A stretch of DNA of 64,000 nt from the human T2T-CHM13v2.0 reference genome, Homo sapiens, in NCBI RefSeq assembly GCF_009914755.1, contig NC_060928.1; one strand, given 5' to 3'. The position numbers and the translations under genes are program-made. Each line of letters opens with the position of its first letter. Position 1 is the stretch's first letter. The notes beneath the pieces were generated by a model. It ran no database searches, had not been told where the DNA came from, and saw only the letters and a list, made by a program, of their open reading frames with translations. Of the stretch, positions 30,601 to 43,359 are shown one piece after another.

Positions 30601-31005
30601 GCCTGTCTTTCCTGTTCCCAGCCCCTCTCAACCATTCAGACATGCTGATTACCTCAGTATTCTGGGTGGGGCAAGTAACAAGTGGGTTCAGGATGCCAGG
30701 TACTCATTATTCCCCCACTTGTACCCATGGGAGGAATCGTAGCCCAAGGGGGAAGGTCTCACTTGGCACTGAGCTGTGCCACCTTGGGAGAGGAGTGTTG
30801 TGGATAAAGTGACATTCTTCTTCTTCCCCTTATCAACACATCTATTCTCAGATGTTTTTTGCCCCAGCTGTATGCTGGAACTTCTCTGCTAGGCTCCTGG
30901 ACTCCATAAAGTTACTCTCAACCATAGGTAGTTGTCAAAATTGATGTTTCTATGAGGAGATCATGGTAGAAAAGTCCTATTGTGCCGTCTTGCTGATTTC
31001 TCTCT
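27660..31005 (-). mobile_element. Old L1M (L1MA-type): ORF2 5' half joined to a 5'UTR-like segment
   Basis: Minus ORF 29432-29638 'LSNNLTLHLKQLDKEKQTKPKVIRRKEITKITAEIN' is ORF2p; GC-richer 30135-31005 ends in 'ccgtcttgct' (rc of the L1 5' 'agcaagatgg'). Confidence 0.75.
27932..28319 (-). mobile_element. L1-mediated retroposed non-repeat sequence with an inverted 41-bp L1 cap
   Basis: Poly-T at 27932-27943; TSD agcaattga at 27922-27930 and 28320-28328; L1 3' fragment on + at 28278-28318; interrupts a colinear host L1. Confidence 0.8.
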
Positions 31006-31139
31006 TCTTTCACTTATTTTTTTTTAGGCACAAACTATTCTCCCAATAAATAAATATAAGTATGTATTTATATTTTAATTAATTCTAAGAATTGTATCTA
31101 TGTTAACTTTGAGGTAAAGGGTTTGTGAGGTAAGAGATG

Positions 31140-31600
31140 CAGAACAGTAGAGGAGCACAGGAAATCGGCTTTAAAATCAGATTGCCTAAATGTAAATCCC
31201 GGTTCTGTATACCACTTATTAGGTATGTGATTTTCAACAATTTACTTAACCTCTCTGTGCTTTTTTTTCTCATTTTAAAATGCAGATAATAACTGTACTT
31301 AGTTCAAAGGGTTGAGAAGGCTAAATGAGTTAATTTATGTAGAGTAGTTAGAATAATACTTATGATACAGTAAGTAGACAAAATATATAAAGTAATGTTT
31401 ATTTTTAATAAAAACCTTTTCACATAGACTTGTAGACAGAAGTAGAACTGCCTTCAATATTGACCCTGTGAAGCAGGCTGATTAGGTGACATTATAATGA
31501 GCATATGTGAAAATGAGGCACATATCAGTCGATGACTTGCCTATGCTCATACCATTAAGAAGTGACTGGCTCAGGACTAGAGCAGGATCTGATGAATGAA
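31140..31600. mobile_element. Two MIRs tail-to-tail (+ 31140-31395; - 31420-31600)
   Basis: 'ttacttaacctctctgtgc...ctcattttaaaatg' MIR core; 'gaaaatgaggcac' antisense core. Confidence 0.7.
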
Positions 31601-31664
31601 TAAATATACTGCATCACCTACCATGTTACTGAGTTAATTTTGAGTATAAAAAATAATAAATTGC

Positions 31665-32098
31665 AGCTGGGCATGGTGGCTCACACCTGTAATCCCAGCA
31701 GTTCAGGACACTGAGGCGGGTAAATAACTTGAGGCTAGGAGTATGAGACCAGCCTGGCCAACATAGCAAAACCTCATCTCTACTAAAAATACAAAACTAC
31801 TTGGGCATGGTGGTGCATGCTTGTAGTCCAAGCTGCTCAGGAGGCTGAGGCAGGAGAATCGCTTGAACCCAGGAGGTGGAGGTTGCAGTGAGCCAAGATC
31901 ATGTCACTGCACTCCAGCCTGGGTGACAGAGTGAGACTCCATCTCAAATAAAAATAAAAATAAAAAATAGCCAGACATTTGTGGCACACACCTGTAGTCT
32001 CAGCTACTCCAGAGGCTGAGGTGGCAGAATCAGCTGAGCCCAGGAAATCGAGGCTGCAGTGGGCCATGATTCCACAAGTGCCTCTCTCAAATAATAAT
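31665..32098 (+). mobile_element. Alu trimer (left arm + S-type right arm + J-type right arm)
   Basis: Dimer 31665-31967 followed directly by a second right arm at 31968-32090; degenerate TSD ending 'ttgca'. Confidence 0.85.
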
Positions 32099-32677
32099 CA
32101 AAAAGTTGCATTTGAATAGTTCTTTAGAGTTTACTGTTTTCATGTAACTTATCCCAGGTACTTTAACAAGTGGTGGAGTAGGTAGTGCTATGTGAACAAA
32201 GTGATGTCACTGTCCTCTAAGAGATTCCAAGTCAAAGGCACACAGCTAGTGAGAGGTAGACTAGGACTACCTGTAGGGCCAGTACACTTACCTCTCCACC
32301 AGGCTGCCTCAGCACACTTGCTCTCAGGACAATCATATCATCTCCTACTCCATAGAAGCTTCTTATTTCATATTTACAGCACTGTTCAGTCAGGTGAATG
32401 GTGACTATTACTCATAAAATCACCAGTGCTCATTGAGGAGGCTCGGGATTACAACAGTTTAGCATTCTTGTTCCACAACTAAGATTTTAAAGTTTCAGGA
32501 GGCAATCTGGGGCTATTGCTTCCATTTTTTTTTCCAGTTGGGTAGTTTACCCAGGTGGGTAGTTTAAACCTGGAGGCCTTTGCAATTCTTCCATCTTTCT
32601 GCTCAGCTAAGTTCACACTGTATTTTTCAATAGCAAGATCTTACTCTATGACTTGATTTCTCTCAGTAAAAAAAATA

Positions 32678-32882
32678 TGCCGGGCGCGGAGGCTCAGGCC
32701 TGTAATCCCAGCACTTTGGGAGGCCGAGGCAGGTGAATCACGAAGTCAGGAGATCAACACCATCCTGGCTAGCATAATGAAACCCCGTCTCTACTAAAAT
32801 TAGCCGGGGGTGTTTGCAGTGAGCCGAGATCGTGCCTCTGCACTCCAGCCTGGGCGATAGAGTGAGACTCCATCTCAAAAAA

Positions 32883-32917
<35 letters not shown>

Positions 32918-32918
32918 A
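32678..32918 (+). mobile_element. AluY/Sc-like with an internal right-arm deletion
   Basis: 'catcctggcta' diagnostic; jumps from 'tagccgggggtg' to 'ttgcagtgagcc'; (TAAA)n tail. Confidence 0.9.
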
Positions 32919-34806
32919 ATATTACCTGCATATATGTTCACAAAGTAATGTGGGTACTGACTCACTCACTCATTTACCAACCTTATGCCAAATTCCTCAA
33001 ATGTCAAAAGACACAGAAAATGTTTAATCAAAGTTTTAATCACAGTTAACATCTCTATGAAATATCATGTCACTATGTAATTTTTCATAATTTTTTAGTT
33101 TTAGAGGTAGAAAAATGCCATGTAACATTCCCTCATGGATTAAAATATATTAATGTCAATATTTTACAAAAGAAACACTCTGCCACCTTAATTAGGGTAT
33201 TTAAGTGCTGCTTATTTGTTCAGTGAAGATGGATTTTTCTCACACTGGCTCTTATTGTGTTTGGATATATTTATACAAACAAAAACAGCTGACTCACAAC
33301 ATGAGTTGTGATGATATTCATATAATATTTAAAATGTTTAACTTTTCAAAATATGAAAATAGTTTATTCCTGTTTAACTTTTTAAAACTACATAGTCCTC
33401 CTAAAATATTTTTTAAAATGCAGAAAATAAAAAATCACCCATCACACTGAAAGATAACCACAATTAACATTTTTAAAACTTACTTCCAGATATTTCAGAG
33501 ATATACAAATCATTTGCAATATACTTTTGTAACTTTGTTTTCACTCAGAAGTATTTGTACTTACATTTCCATATTAACAAATACAGATATGTAGTAGCCT
33601 TTTTTCTTTCATTGGAACAAGTTTGTAGCTTTTGGTTTATTTTCTACTACAAATGTAGTGTTTTAACACTATCTCTCCATTCAAAGCATTCTATTATTGG
33701 GCAATACAAGGTTAATTTTTGGTTAGTTTTAGTTGTACCTTTGTTATCAATTCTTGGTCCCATCTACTCTTCTTATATACACAATACATTTGCCATATGT
33801 CCCTGGATATACATTATAATGTATCCTTACAAATCATATAATGTTAGCTTGTAGGCACATATGTGTTAATTTATTGTATTAGCAAAGAGCAATGTACACC
33901 ACCACAAAGTACACTAACAAACTGAACTAAGCAAGCCACACAGGAATACATTATTATTCATAATCTCCATTTACCAGTGTTTTTCCTTTGACCCATTTTG
34001 ACTGCAGACACTGTCTTGAACATGTTTTGCATGGTTTTACCCCACCATTGTGCAAAAGAAGCAAACACAAGACAACGAGTCAAAGGAATTTTCTCTGGCA
34101 CTTCCACATTTTGTTCAAAACCTGAATAAATTGTTTCTCCATCTGCAGCTTACGAAGATGTTTCTCTGTCCTTGTCTCTTTAACTCATCCTCTCCTCTTC
34201 TTCAAAATTCTTTACACCAAACGATATTCTTCTTATTTCAGTGTAAGAACCTATATTTTACAATAGTGCTTTTTTAAATGTATTGATTATAAATTTAACA
34301 TTTTTTAAATGGTGCCATGTGTTTATTAGAATTATTATTATCTGTGTTAGAGTTCTTTTTATAAAATTGTAAAGCTTCAGAGTGAGCTGTCTCAATCTTA
34401 TTTCTCCCATGAGCCCTGTTATTGTTATTTCATAAGTTTTCAGTTGAGTTGCTTATTTCAGGAGCTCATATATTGTATTTCCCTATGAATGGGCCGCTGT
34501 TTTACTGCCAATCTATATTTGTGCACATGTAACTTATTGACTTGTGGTATTTATCGGAGTGAAATTGCTGGATAATAGGTTATATGAATATTTAATTTAA
34601 CTATACGCTGAAAGATTTATTTTCAGAATGGATGTAATGGTTCCGATTTCCACCAATGTTTCCCCCATATGATGGTTTTATAAGCTAAATAATATTCCAT
34701 CTTATGGAAGGAGGTACCATACTTTATTTCACTATTCCTCTATTTTTGGGGCTTTGTGTTATTTCCACATTTTGATATATTATATTAAAACTCATAGATA
34801 TACATA

Positions 34807-35150
34807 TGATATGGTTTGCCTGTGTCCCCACCCAAATCTCATCTTGAATTCCCACATGTTGTGGAAGGGACCCAGTGGGAGGTGATTAAATCATGGGGGC
34901 TGGTCTTTCCCACACTGTTCTCGTGAAAGTGAATAAGTCTCATGAGATCTGATGGTTTTAAAAAGGGGAGTTTCCCTGCACAAGCTCTCTTCTCTTGAGT
35001 GCCACCATGTGAGATCTAACTTTCACCTTCCGCCATAATTGTGAGGTCTCCCCACCCACGTGGAACTATAAGTCCAATAAACCTCTTTCCTTTGTAAATT
35101 GCCCAGTCTCAGGTTTGTCTTTCTCAGTAGCGTGAATACTGACTATTACT
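34807..35150 (+). mobile_element. THE1B-like MaLR solo LTR
   Basis: 'tgatatggttt..tgtgtccccacccaaatctcatcttgaattcccac'; AATAAA at ~35076; imperfect 5-bp TSD acata/acatc; lies within L1ME fragments. Confidence 0.9.
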
Positions 35151-37351
35151 ACATCCTTCTCTTTTTAAATCTTTGTCCAGCATTTTGACTATTTTTAAAA
35201 GATAATTTCCTAAAAGTGTAGAAATAGTGGATGAGAAAATAACAAATGTATAACATTTTCAATTCATATTGCCAAATTGCTTTCTAGAAAGCTTCTGCCA
35301 ATTACATTGCCCATTGGAAATTCCTCATGTGTTAATTCACAAAATATTTATTAAATACCCACCATTTTCTAGGTACCCTTTCAGGCCATTAGAGATTCAA
35401 CAAAGAGTGAATCACCATTCTTTGGGGGAGTTTTGTGGGGGTGGGAAGCTAAAGAGTGATAGAATCTCAGTGGGAATTAACTTCAGGGCCAAGCAACATT
35501 GAGGTGGACTGGTGGAAATATTTTTAGAAAGACAAGTGCCAAACATTGAATTCTCTATTCACATTTCTCATACTAGGGTTCTCCATCTCTACTTTCAGTG
35601 GTCTTTTACACATGCAAATGTTGTGTAAGTTGACTTTATAAAAACTGAGAAATGAAATTTTATTCTATTTCAAGGTTGACACAGTTTAATAGAAGGACAA
35701 ATGGAGTAGTATGGAAAAACGGACCCTAAAACTGAACTACTTCAGCGGGCACACAAACTCAAACATGGATACAATGAAAACACTTCAAAGATATCTTTGG
35801 AATGTGATTGCTACAATGTATGGAATGGGAGTTCAGAACACCCTTACCTGAGTATTAAGGGACAGGGTGATTACATTAGCTGGCATCTGGGCAATATTTG
35901 TACACTCCGTGACTCCCTAAGATCCAGGCCCTAGGGAGTGCATTAGCTATCCTATCCAAAATGGAATGCCTTGTCCATCCTGTCTAAAACTGACCACATC
36001 TGCAGAGACCAGTTTTGGCTGCAATTAAGATATCAGATAAGAAAGCCTCTGCTCACACATTCTTTCCTACAATACTGCATGCTGGGATAACCTGTTGTTT
36101 CTGATAAAGCACAGTCTCATTTCATATCAATCACATCGTTCTATCACTCAATACCTACATTTATATTTCTACGAACTGAAAAGGAAAAAGTTATGTTACA
36201 AAATCTGCTGTGAAATAAGACCCATTTTTGTTGACGGGCTTAGCAACCTTACATAAATTGAGCGATTGCTCTGAGAAAATATGCAGCATGTAAACCTACC
36301 AGCAATGTTATCAATTTATTCTTCTCTGATAGATCAAGGGCAGAATGTTGGTAGTCCATCTTTGGGAGTCACAAAATTTATAGATGGGGAAGATTACTTG
36401 ATGCAGGAGCCTTATCAGGAGATGCAGATTGTTACCAGCAGCAAGGAAATGACTGTTATACTTGCAAACGAGGGGCTTTATTATATGCTTCACTGGGTCA
36501 CTGTAAACATTCCTGGGGTGTCTTTGACTAAGGCATATCTTTGCCCCTGCATCCTTTTGAAAATATTTATGAGGTACAAAAGTAGAAATCAGCTTTGACA
36601 CTAATATCAATCTTGACTGTCTTCCAAGTGCAAAGTTGATTTATCTTTCTGGGAGAGGACCATGAGAAAGAAACTGATATTGCTATTAGGTCACCGACTC
36701 CAGCCATGGGGGACAGCTCATTGTAATATGCTTATTTGTTTTTCATCTTATCTTTGTAGACTTTGTAAAGAATAATGTTTCCACAACCTCCTAAGGAGAA
36801 TTCATGTAAATGTATATAAAGAAAGTTCTTTGGTAGCCTAACTCCCTTTTATTAATTGTCATAAAAAAATTTTTTTATTCTCTGCTAAACTCTGTAATCT
36901 CCATCTAAGTCTGTAGATTTCCCTTTTTTCAGACATTAAATTCCTTCTAAGAAAAATTAAGCAAAAACTACACAGCAAATTAATGCCTATCACTAGGCCT
37001 TGAGGATGTATAATACTTAAAATAGAGAATATTACTCTTTCTTTCCTTCATTAATTACCCTCTTTGATGTAAAATGAAAAAAAAGGATTTTTTTCCTTCC
37101 AAAAGTCATGATTTTTCTCTATTTGATAAACATTTTCTAGAAGCCAGACTTTTAAACTTTTTAATATTTTTTATAATTACAATATAAAATCCCTATTCAT
37201 CTCTTTCTAGACCACATCCTTAATCCTAGATACTGGAAAGACCCAGAAGGAATAGAGAATAATGAACTATTTCTATCAAGTAGCACTAACTTACAAAGAC
37301 TTGAAAAACTTTGATAGTCTGAGATAAGGGTGCCTGGGGCTTAAAGAAAGA

Positions 37352-37690
37352 GCCATTTATTCATTCAACAAACATTTATGAAGGGCTCATTATGTGTCAA
37401 GCATTGCACTGGGTGCCAGAGATAGAAAAATAGACAAGACATATTTAAGCCATAAAATAATATGTACTCTAACAGTGTTAATAGTTGCCGTGTATGCAGC
37501 ATTTGGCACAAAAGAGGGAGGTTTCAATTTTTTCTTGGGGTTTGGGAAGCAGGAAAGCCTACCTAAAAGTTTCCAAAATTGAGATTGAAAGATAGGTAAA
37601 TCTTTGTCAGGGACACAAGACAAAGAGAGGAAAAGTAGAAGAGGAAAAAAGAAGCTCTCGTCCCTTAGGGACCACAGCACACAAGAGGGT
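37352..37690 (-). mobile_element. L2 3' end
   Basis: 'atttattcattcaacaaacatttat...tatgtgtcaagcattgcactgggtg'. Confidence 0.7.
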
Positions 37691-38777
37691 AGCTAAATAA
37701 ATGTTCACTGAACAATTATCTAAACATTACGCACATGTCCTTACACATCAATATTCTCTGCCTTCAGAATTTAAGTTTGAACCCTTAATTCAACAAGGGT
37801 GTTTTTTGCTGTTGTTTTTAAGGACCATAAAAAAGTAAATACTTGATGACTGCTTTTTGGTAAAGAGAAGTAAAAGAGAAGGAGGAGCAAAGGGTTATAT
37901 TTTGATTTTTTACAAATTGCAAGACTCTGACCTCCTTCCTCACTGCCGATTAGATAATGGGAAAAACACTGAGCCACTTTTTATCAGAGGAAAAAAACAG
38001 TCACTGTTGCCCGTTGTCTGGGCTGAGGTTCCTCTGTAAGTCTGGTGCACCGTATTGTTTATTTCTTTTACCTAACAGTAATGAAGAATATGCGTGCTCT
38101 TTTCCTGATGGAAATTGTGCCTCTCAACTTTGCTATAACCCTACCTGCATTTCATCAGAGAAAAAGAAAAAACACCTATTAAACAGGAGCTATTTTCTTC
38201 CGTGAGATAATCAGAGCCTTCTACCTTTTCACTTCCCAAAACAATCAGCCAAAGCAAAAAAAAATCAGCGCCTCCGTATTCCCCCTGGGTTCTGAGGAGA
38301 GTTCTTTCTCTGACTGATGGGGTATTTGGGCTTTTGCAATGTTACAACAAAGAAAGGGAATCACAAAGATAGTAAGTAGGAAAAGGAGAAGAATTAGCCA
38401 AAATTGTTGTTTTATATGATCAAATGGTCAGAGAAGGCTGGGAAAATGAAGAGGAGAGAAAAGCCACAGGCAGGGGATGGGGGCAGATAACAGAGAATGC
38501 AGGAAGTAAGAATCTGAGGGAGGCGGTGGAGGAGCTGCAGAACATAATGGAAGTAGCCAGGTTTTAAAAGAAAAGTTTAAGAAACTGTGCTGCCCCCTAT
38601 ATATTTAGAGCCCCTTCACAGCTCTCATGAAATACTAGTAAACAGTTTGAATCATTTTAAATGTACCTTGATTTTTCAGGACTGTATTTCTTTTATCATA
38701 CTTGTGCTCCAATATTAGACCGTATAGCTCCAGTTTCACAAGCTTTATGTCTTGACATGGTCAGCCATAATATTAAT

Positions 38778-39125
38778 ACTGCTCTGTCCAACACAGTAGC
38801 CACCAACCATGTGTGGCTATTCCATACTTGAAGTGTGGCTGGTGTGAATGGAGATGAATTTCAAGTACGGCATAGACACAGAATTTTGAAGACAGTAACA
38901 AAGAAAAAAGGAATCAAAACATTACATTAATAATTTGTATATGAAGTACATGTTGAAATGATAATATGTTGACTATATTGGGTTAAATAAAATATATTAT
39001 TAATATTAAAGTCATCTGTTTATTTTTTATTTTTTTTAGTGTGGCTACTAAAAAAGTTCAAGTTACATATGTGGCTTGCACTTGTGGCTTGAACTATATG
39101 AATTATATTTCTATTAGATAGTGGT
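38778..39125. mobile_element. MER33-like hAT-Charlie DNA element
   Basis: TIR-like 'ctgtccaaca...tattagatag'; 'tagccacc..catgtgtggctatt', 'tacatgttgaaatgataatat', 'gtggctacta'. Confidence 0.75.
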
Positions 39126-39188
39126 ATACTAATTTATAATGGAAACAAACCATGAACCATGACTGCACATCCTGTGTGAGAAGGACGT

Positions 39189-39801
39189 TGTACTAGTTAG
39201 GATTCTCTAGAGGGATGGAACTAATAGGATATATATACATATGATATTTTCATATATAGACATATAATCATATATGATTTTATATATATACGATTATATA
39301 TATATGAAGGGGAGTTTATTAAAGATAATTGACTCACACAATCACAAGATGAAGTCCCACAATAGGCTGCTTGCAAGCTGAGGAGCAAGGAAGCCAGTCT
39401 GAGTCCCAAAACCTCAAAAGTAGGGAAGCTGACCGTGCAGCCTTCAGTCTGTGGCCGAAGGCCCGAGAGCCCCTGGCAAATCATTGGTGTAAGTCCAACA
39501 GTCCAAAAGCTGAAGAATTTGGAGTCTGATGTTCAAGGGCAGGAAACATCCAGCATGGGAGAAAGATGTAGGCTGGGAGGATAAGCCAGTCTAGTCTTTG
39601 CACATTCTTCTGCCTGCTTTTATTCTGGCCATGCTAGCAGCTGATTAGATGGTGCCCACCCAGATTGAGGGTGAGTCTGCCTTTCCCAGTCCACTGACAC
39701 AAATGTTAATCTCCTTTGGCAGCACCCTCACAGACACACCCAGGATCAATACTTTATATCCTTCAATCCAATCAAGTTGACACTTAATATTAACCATCAC
39801 A
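39189..39801 (-). mobile_element. MLT2A (HERV-L solo LTR, MLT2A2/A1)
   Basis: Ends 'tgtactagttaggattctctagaggga' and 'caatccaatcaagttgacacttaatattaaccatcaca'; internal (TA)n; TSD gacgt/gactt. Confidence 0.92.
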
Positions 39802-39834
39802 GACTTTACATGAGATTTTCTGTAGGATATGAAG

Positions 39835-40095
39835 CATTATAACATAGCAGTTGAGTTCATGAGATCTGGAGTACATACTTCTGTGTTTACTCCTAACCGC
39901 AGTATACATGAGTGTGTGATCTTGGGTAAAACATTCAATGTCTTTGGGCCTCTTTTTTGTAATCTCAAAAGTAGTATTGATAATAATACCTTTTTCACAG
40001 GGTGGTTAATATAGATAAAACATTTAGAACAGTGTTTTACATGCCTGGCACATAATCAGAATTCAATAAATATTAGCTTTCATTATTAATACTAT
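39835..40095 (+). mobile_element. MIR
   Basis: 'gtgtgatcttgggtaaa', 'catttagaacagtg', 'cctggcacataa...caataaatattagc'. Confidence 0.75.
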
Positions 40096-41605
40096 TAAGG
40101 AGAGAAGGCTACGAAAATGTATGGTGTGCCCTTCTGGATTTTATTTATGTCTTTATAGCTTCATGAGGGCAGGAACTGTTTTTGTTTTGTTCTCTTCTTT
40201 ACATGTAATAGATAATACAATGTGTGGTAGGAACATATTTAATAAATGTTGAATAAATGAGTAATGAGCAAAGAATTAATTAATGGACAGTACAAATAAA
40301 CCCATTTTAGAGAAGGGATAATTGAGGTTTATGAAATTTCAGAGGTTAAAAATGTTGAATGAAGTCACACATAATTCATAGATGTTAGAACCAACATTTA
40401 AATCCAAATTTACGTGAACATACACAATCTATGAATTCAAGGAACATTCTGTCAAGTTAGAGAAATAAAAAATGTATTTTAAATAAATAAAAAACAACAG
40501 TAATACTACCAGCCCATAAAGGATGTCATTTACATAACCTGATCAATGCTTACTAAGGAAGTTGAGTGTAGGAAGACTTCACATCTAGCATGGGTGGGCA
40601 GGAAAAGCTCAGAAGAGATGGGATGGAAGCCAGACCCCTTGAGAAGCCTTGAGCTTGATTTGGTGGATGCTTGTTTTGAGGAAAGGGATCACTCCTTGCA
40701 AATAAAACAGACTGAGCACAAACGTGGAAGTTGGAATCCCTAAGGAAGGATTTGAAGCTCTGAAATGGCTCTCTTTTCCTGGAGAAGAGAGTATATGTAA
40801 ATGTATTAAATAAGATTTAGGCAGAAACAGACTTGGGGTTAGATCTTAGACTTTGAATGAAGGCCAGACTAAGGAGTTAGTGTATCAAGCAAGTAATGGG
40901 ATACTACTATTTTCTTCTTCTAAGTATAGTCAAGACATAATAGTAGCAATGTACGGGAAGAAGTAGGAGAAAAGGGATATTGGAGGTGGGGAAATAATCT
41001 AAAAGACTTGAAAAATCCAGCCATGAGGTAGTAAAGGTAAGCACTAGGGATTCAGAAATAGGAATGGAAAGAAAGGGAGCAATTTCAGAGATGCTGAGGA
41101 CAGTGTTCCAGCTTCAAGGATTTAATCTGAATGATTAGTCACTAAAAGTAAAATGTGACCCAATTAAAGGACAATTAAATCTCAAAAAATATGTTGTAAG
41201 TAGAATGGGATTTCAATTCCTTTTATTCTTCTAGTTTTTTTTTATGTATTTATTCTTTTTTTCTCCTATCTTACATATACCCCACAACTGGTTTGTCACA
41301 AGGTAGCCATATTACTCAAAAACGCCTAATGAGTTGAATTCCTCCCTTTATTCCTATGTTTTACCACAAGTTTTCTGTTATTTTATATAATTGTTTTTAT
41401 TACTGGAGTTAATTTAAGAGCTTCTGTGGTGGCTAACAGTATTCATTCACAATTCCTTTCTTCTCTCTCCTTCCTGTCTTGGCTTCCTGTGGGTAGAATA
41501 TACCATCTCTCCTCCTCCAGCCCAGAAATCTCTACCTGAAATGTCTCACAAGGTGAAGATTTAAATTAAACTGCAGAGCATATTATAATGTAATGAATGT
41601 ATTCT

Positions 41606-42046
41606 GCATTAGAGCTTTCTGGGGTTGCCATAACAGTACCACAAACTCAGTGCCTTAAAACAAGAAGAATTTATTCTCTCACAGTTTTGGAGGCCAGAAG
41701 TCTGAAATCAAGGTGTTGATAAGGTTGATTCCTTCTAGAGGCCTTGAGGGAGACTCTGTTCCATTTGTCTTTCCTAGCTTCTGGTGGTTGCTGGCAATCC
41801 TTGACTTTCTTGAGCTTGTGGACACATTATTCCAATCCCAGCCTCCATTGTCACATGACATTCTCCTTATGTGTCCTTGGGCCCAAATTTCCCTCTTTTT
41901 AAGGATACTAGGCATTGGATTAGGGTAAGTCCTAATCCAATATGACCTCTTCCCAACTTGATTATATCTACAAGGACCTTATTTTAAACTAAGGTCACAT
42001 TCACTGGTTTCGGGGAGACATGGATTTTGAGGAGATAGTCCAGCAC
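41606..42046 (-). mobile_element. MLT1C-like MaLR solo LTR
   Basis: 'tttattctctcacagttttggaggccagaagtctgaaatcaaggtgtt', 'cctagcttctggtggttgctggcaatcctt'. Confidence 0.85.
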
Positions 42047-43281
42047 ACACTTGAATTCCACGTTTGATTATGCTGGTGTACAACTAAGACCCTCTTGTGA
42101 AATAAAGCTTTTGATAAACTGTATTTTAAGGTTAAGCTGCTCTGTGTGCTAACATAGAAGTGTTAACACAGGCAGAGTCTCATCTCTGCTGATATGAAAT
42201 GTTCCTTTACTACATATGCTGCTGGGCCACTCAGGGACTCAGAACTCTTGCTCATTCTTGCAGAGATAGGCTTACATTTGGATGGTGGTTCACAGATTAG
42301 GACCTAAAACCGAGAGGAGCGCTCTAGAACTTTACCTCATTCTAGAGGAGATTGACTTGGCTGGGTGAAAGGCTGAGTGAAATAGACAATTTCTATTTTT
42401 AAGGTTGGATAACTCAGATCTTAAGAAATCTAGCCACACACAGAGACACAAACACACACACATACATATATATGTGTGTGTGTATGTGTATGTTTTATTT
42501 ATTACTAACTTTTATTTTCACATAAATAAATTTTATTATGACTAAAGGGTAAGGTCATATTCTGCAGGTAGACAGTGATATCTCCTTTAAAAGATTGTAC
42601 TTTCCCAGTCATTCACTGTGAAAAGAGACAGATACTAGAAGAAGAAATAAGGAAGTCAAATTCAAGACAGAGTTAAGGTGAAAACACCATCTTTTCTCTG
42701 TGTCTAGAATGCTTAAAGCTTGGACACTGATTTTAGAGGATCTTTAGGGCATTCCTGGTGTGGGACAAGCAGGCCCCAAGCAAATGGGCTGGCTAGAGAA
42801 GGTAGGGAAAGTGCTTTGTAACTAGGTAGGAAGGAACCTTGTAAGAAACACCCGGGGTATGAGCCACAGTCTGACGGCTGTGACTTGCAAAAATGCAACT
42901 TGAAAGTTACTCTGTTTTGTGATTCCTTTCTGTTTTCCTAGAGCTTTCAGTAAAACCCCAATAAGTTAAAGTGTGGTATCAAATGTGCTGTAGGGAATTA
43001 ATAGTCTGTATTTACAACCATCGGAGACAGTAGCCCCTCTGTCCCCCCACCTGTTGACTCCTGCCACCATTCACAATGAAAGTCAACTTAGCGCATAACA
43101 AATATTTGAACCAAAAACATGAGCCCTACAGGAGATGACTCAGTGCATTAATGGTAGCCCTTGGGTGGGGGAGAAATGGGGAGTGCAGAGCCAGATGGCC
43201 ACAGAGGAACACCAAGGGCAAAGATAAGGAAACATACACGAGACACCCCTAACTTCCACCTGCCCATTCTCTGCCTCCTGA

Positions 43282-43284
<3 letters not shown>

Positions 43285-43355
<71 letters not shown>
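43285..43355. repeat. Perfect compound microsatellite (CA)16-C-(GA)19
   Basis: Seen directly in the sequence. Confidence 0.97.

Positions 43356-43359
<4 letters not shown>

Noticed and set aside
36281-36610. Antiparallel 105-aa and 99-aa ORFs in non-repeat DNA
   Set aside because: There is no recognisable domain or convincing exon boundary, and the length is compatible with chance in 64 kb. Conservation was not testable.
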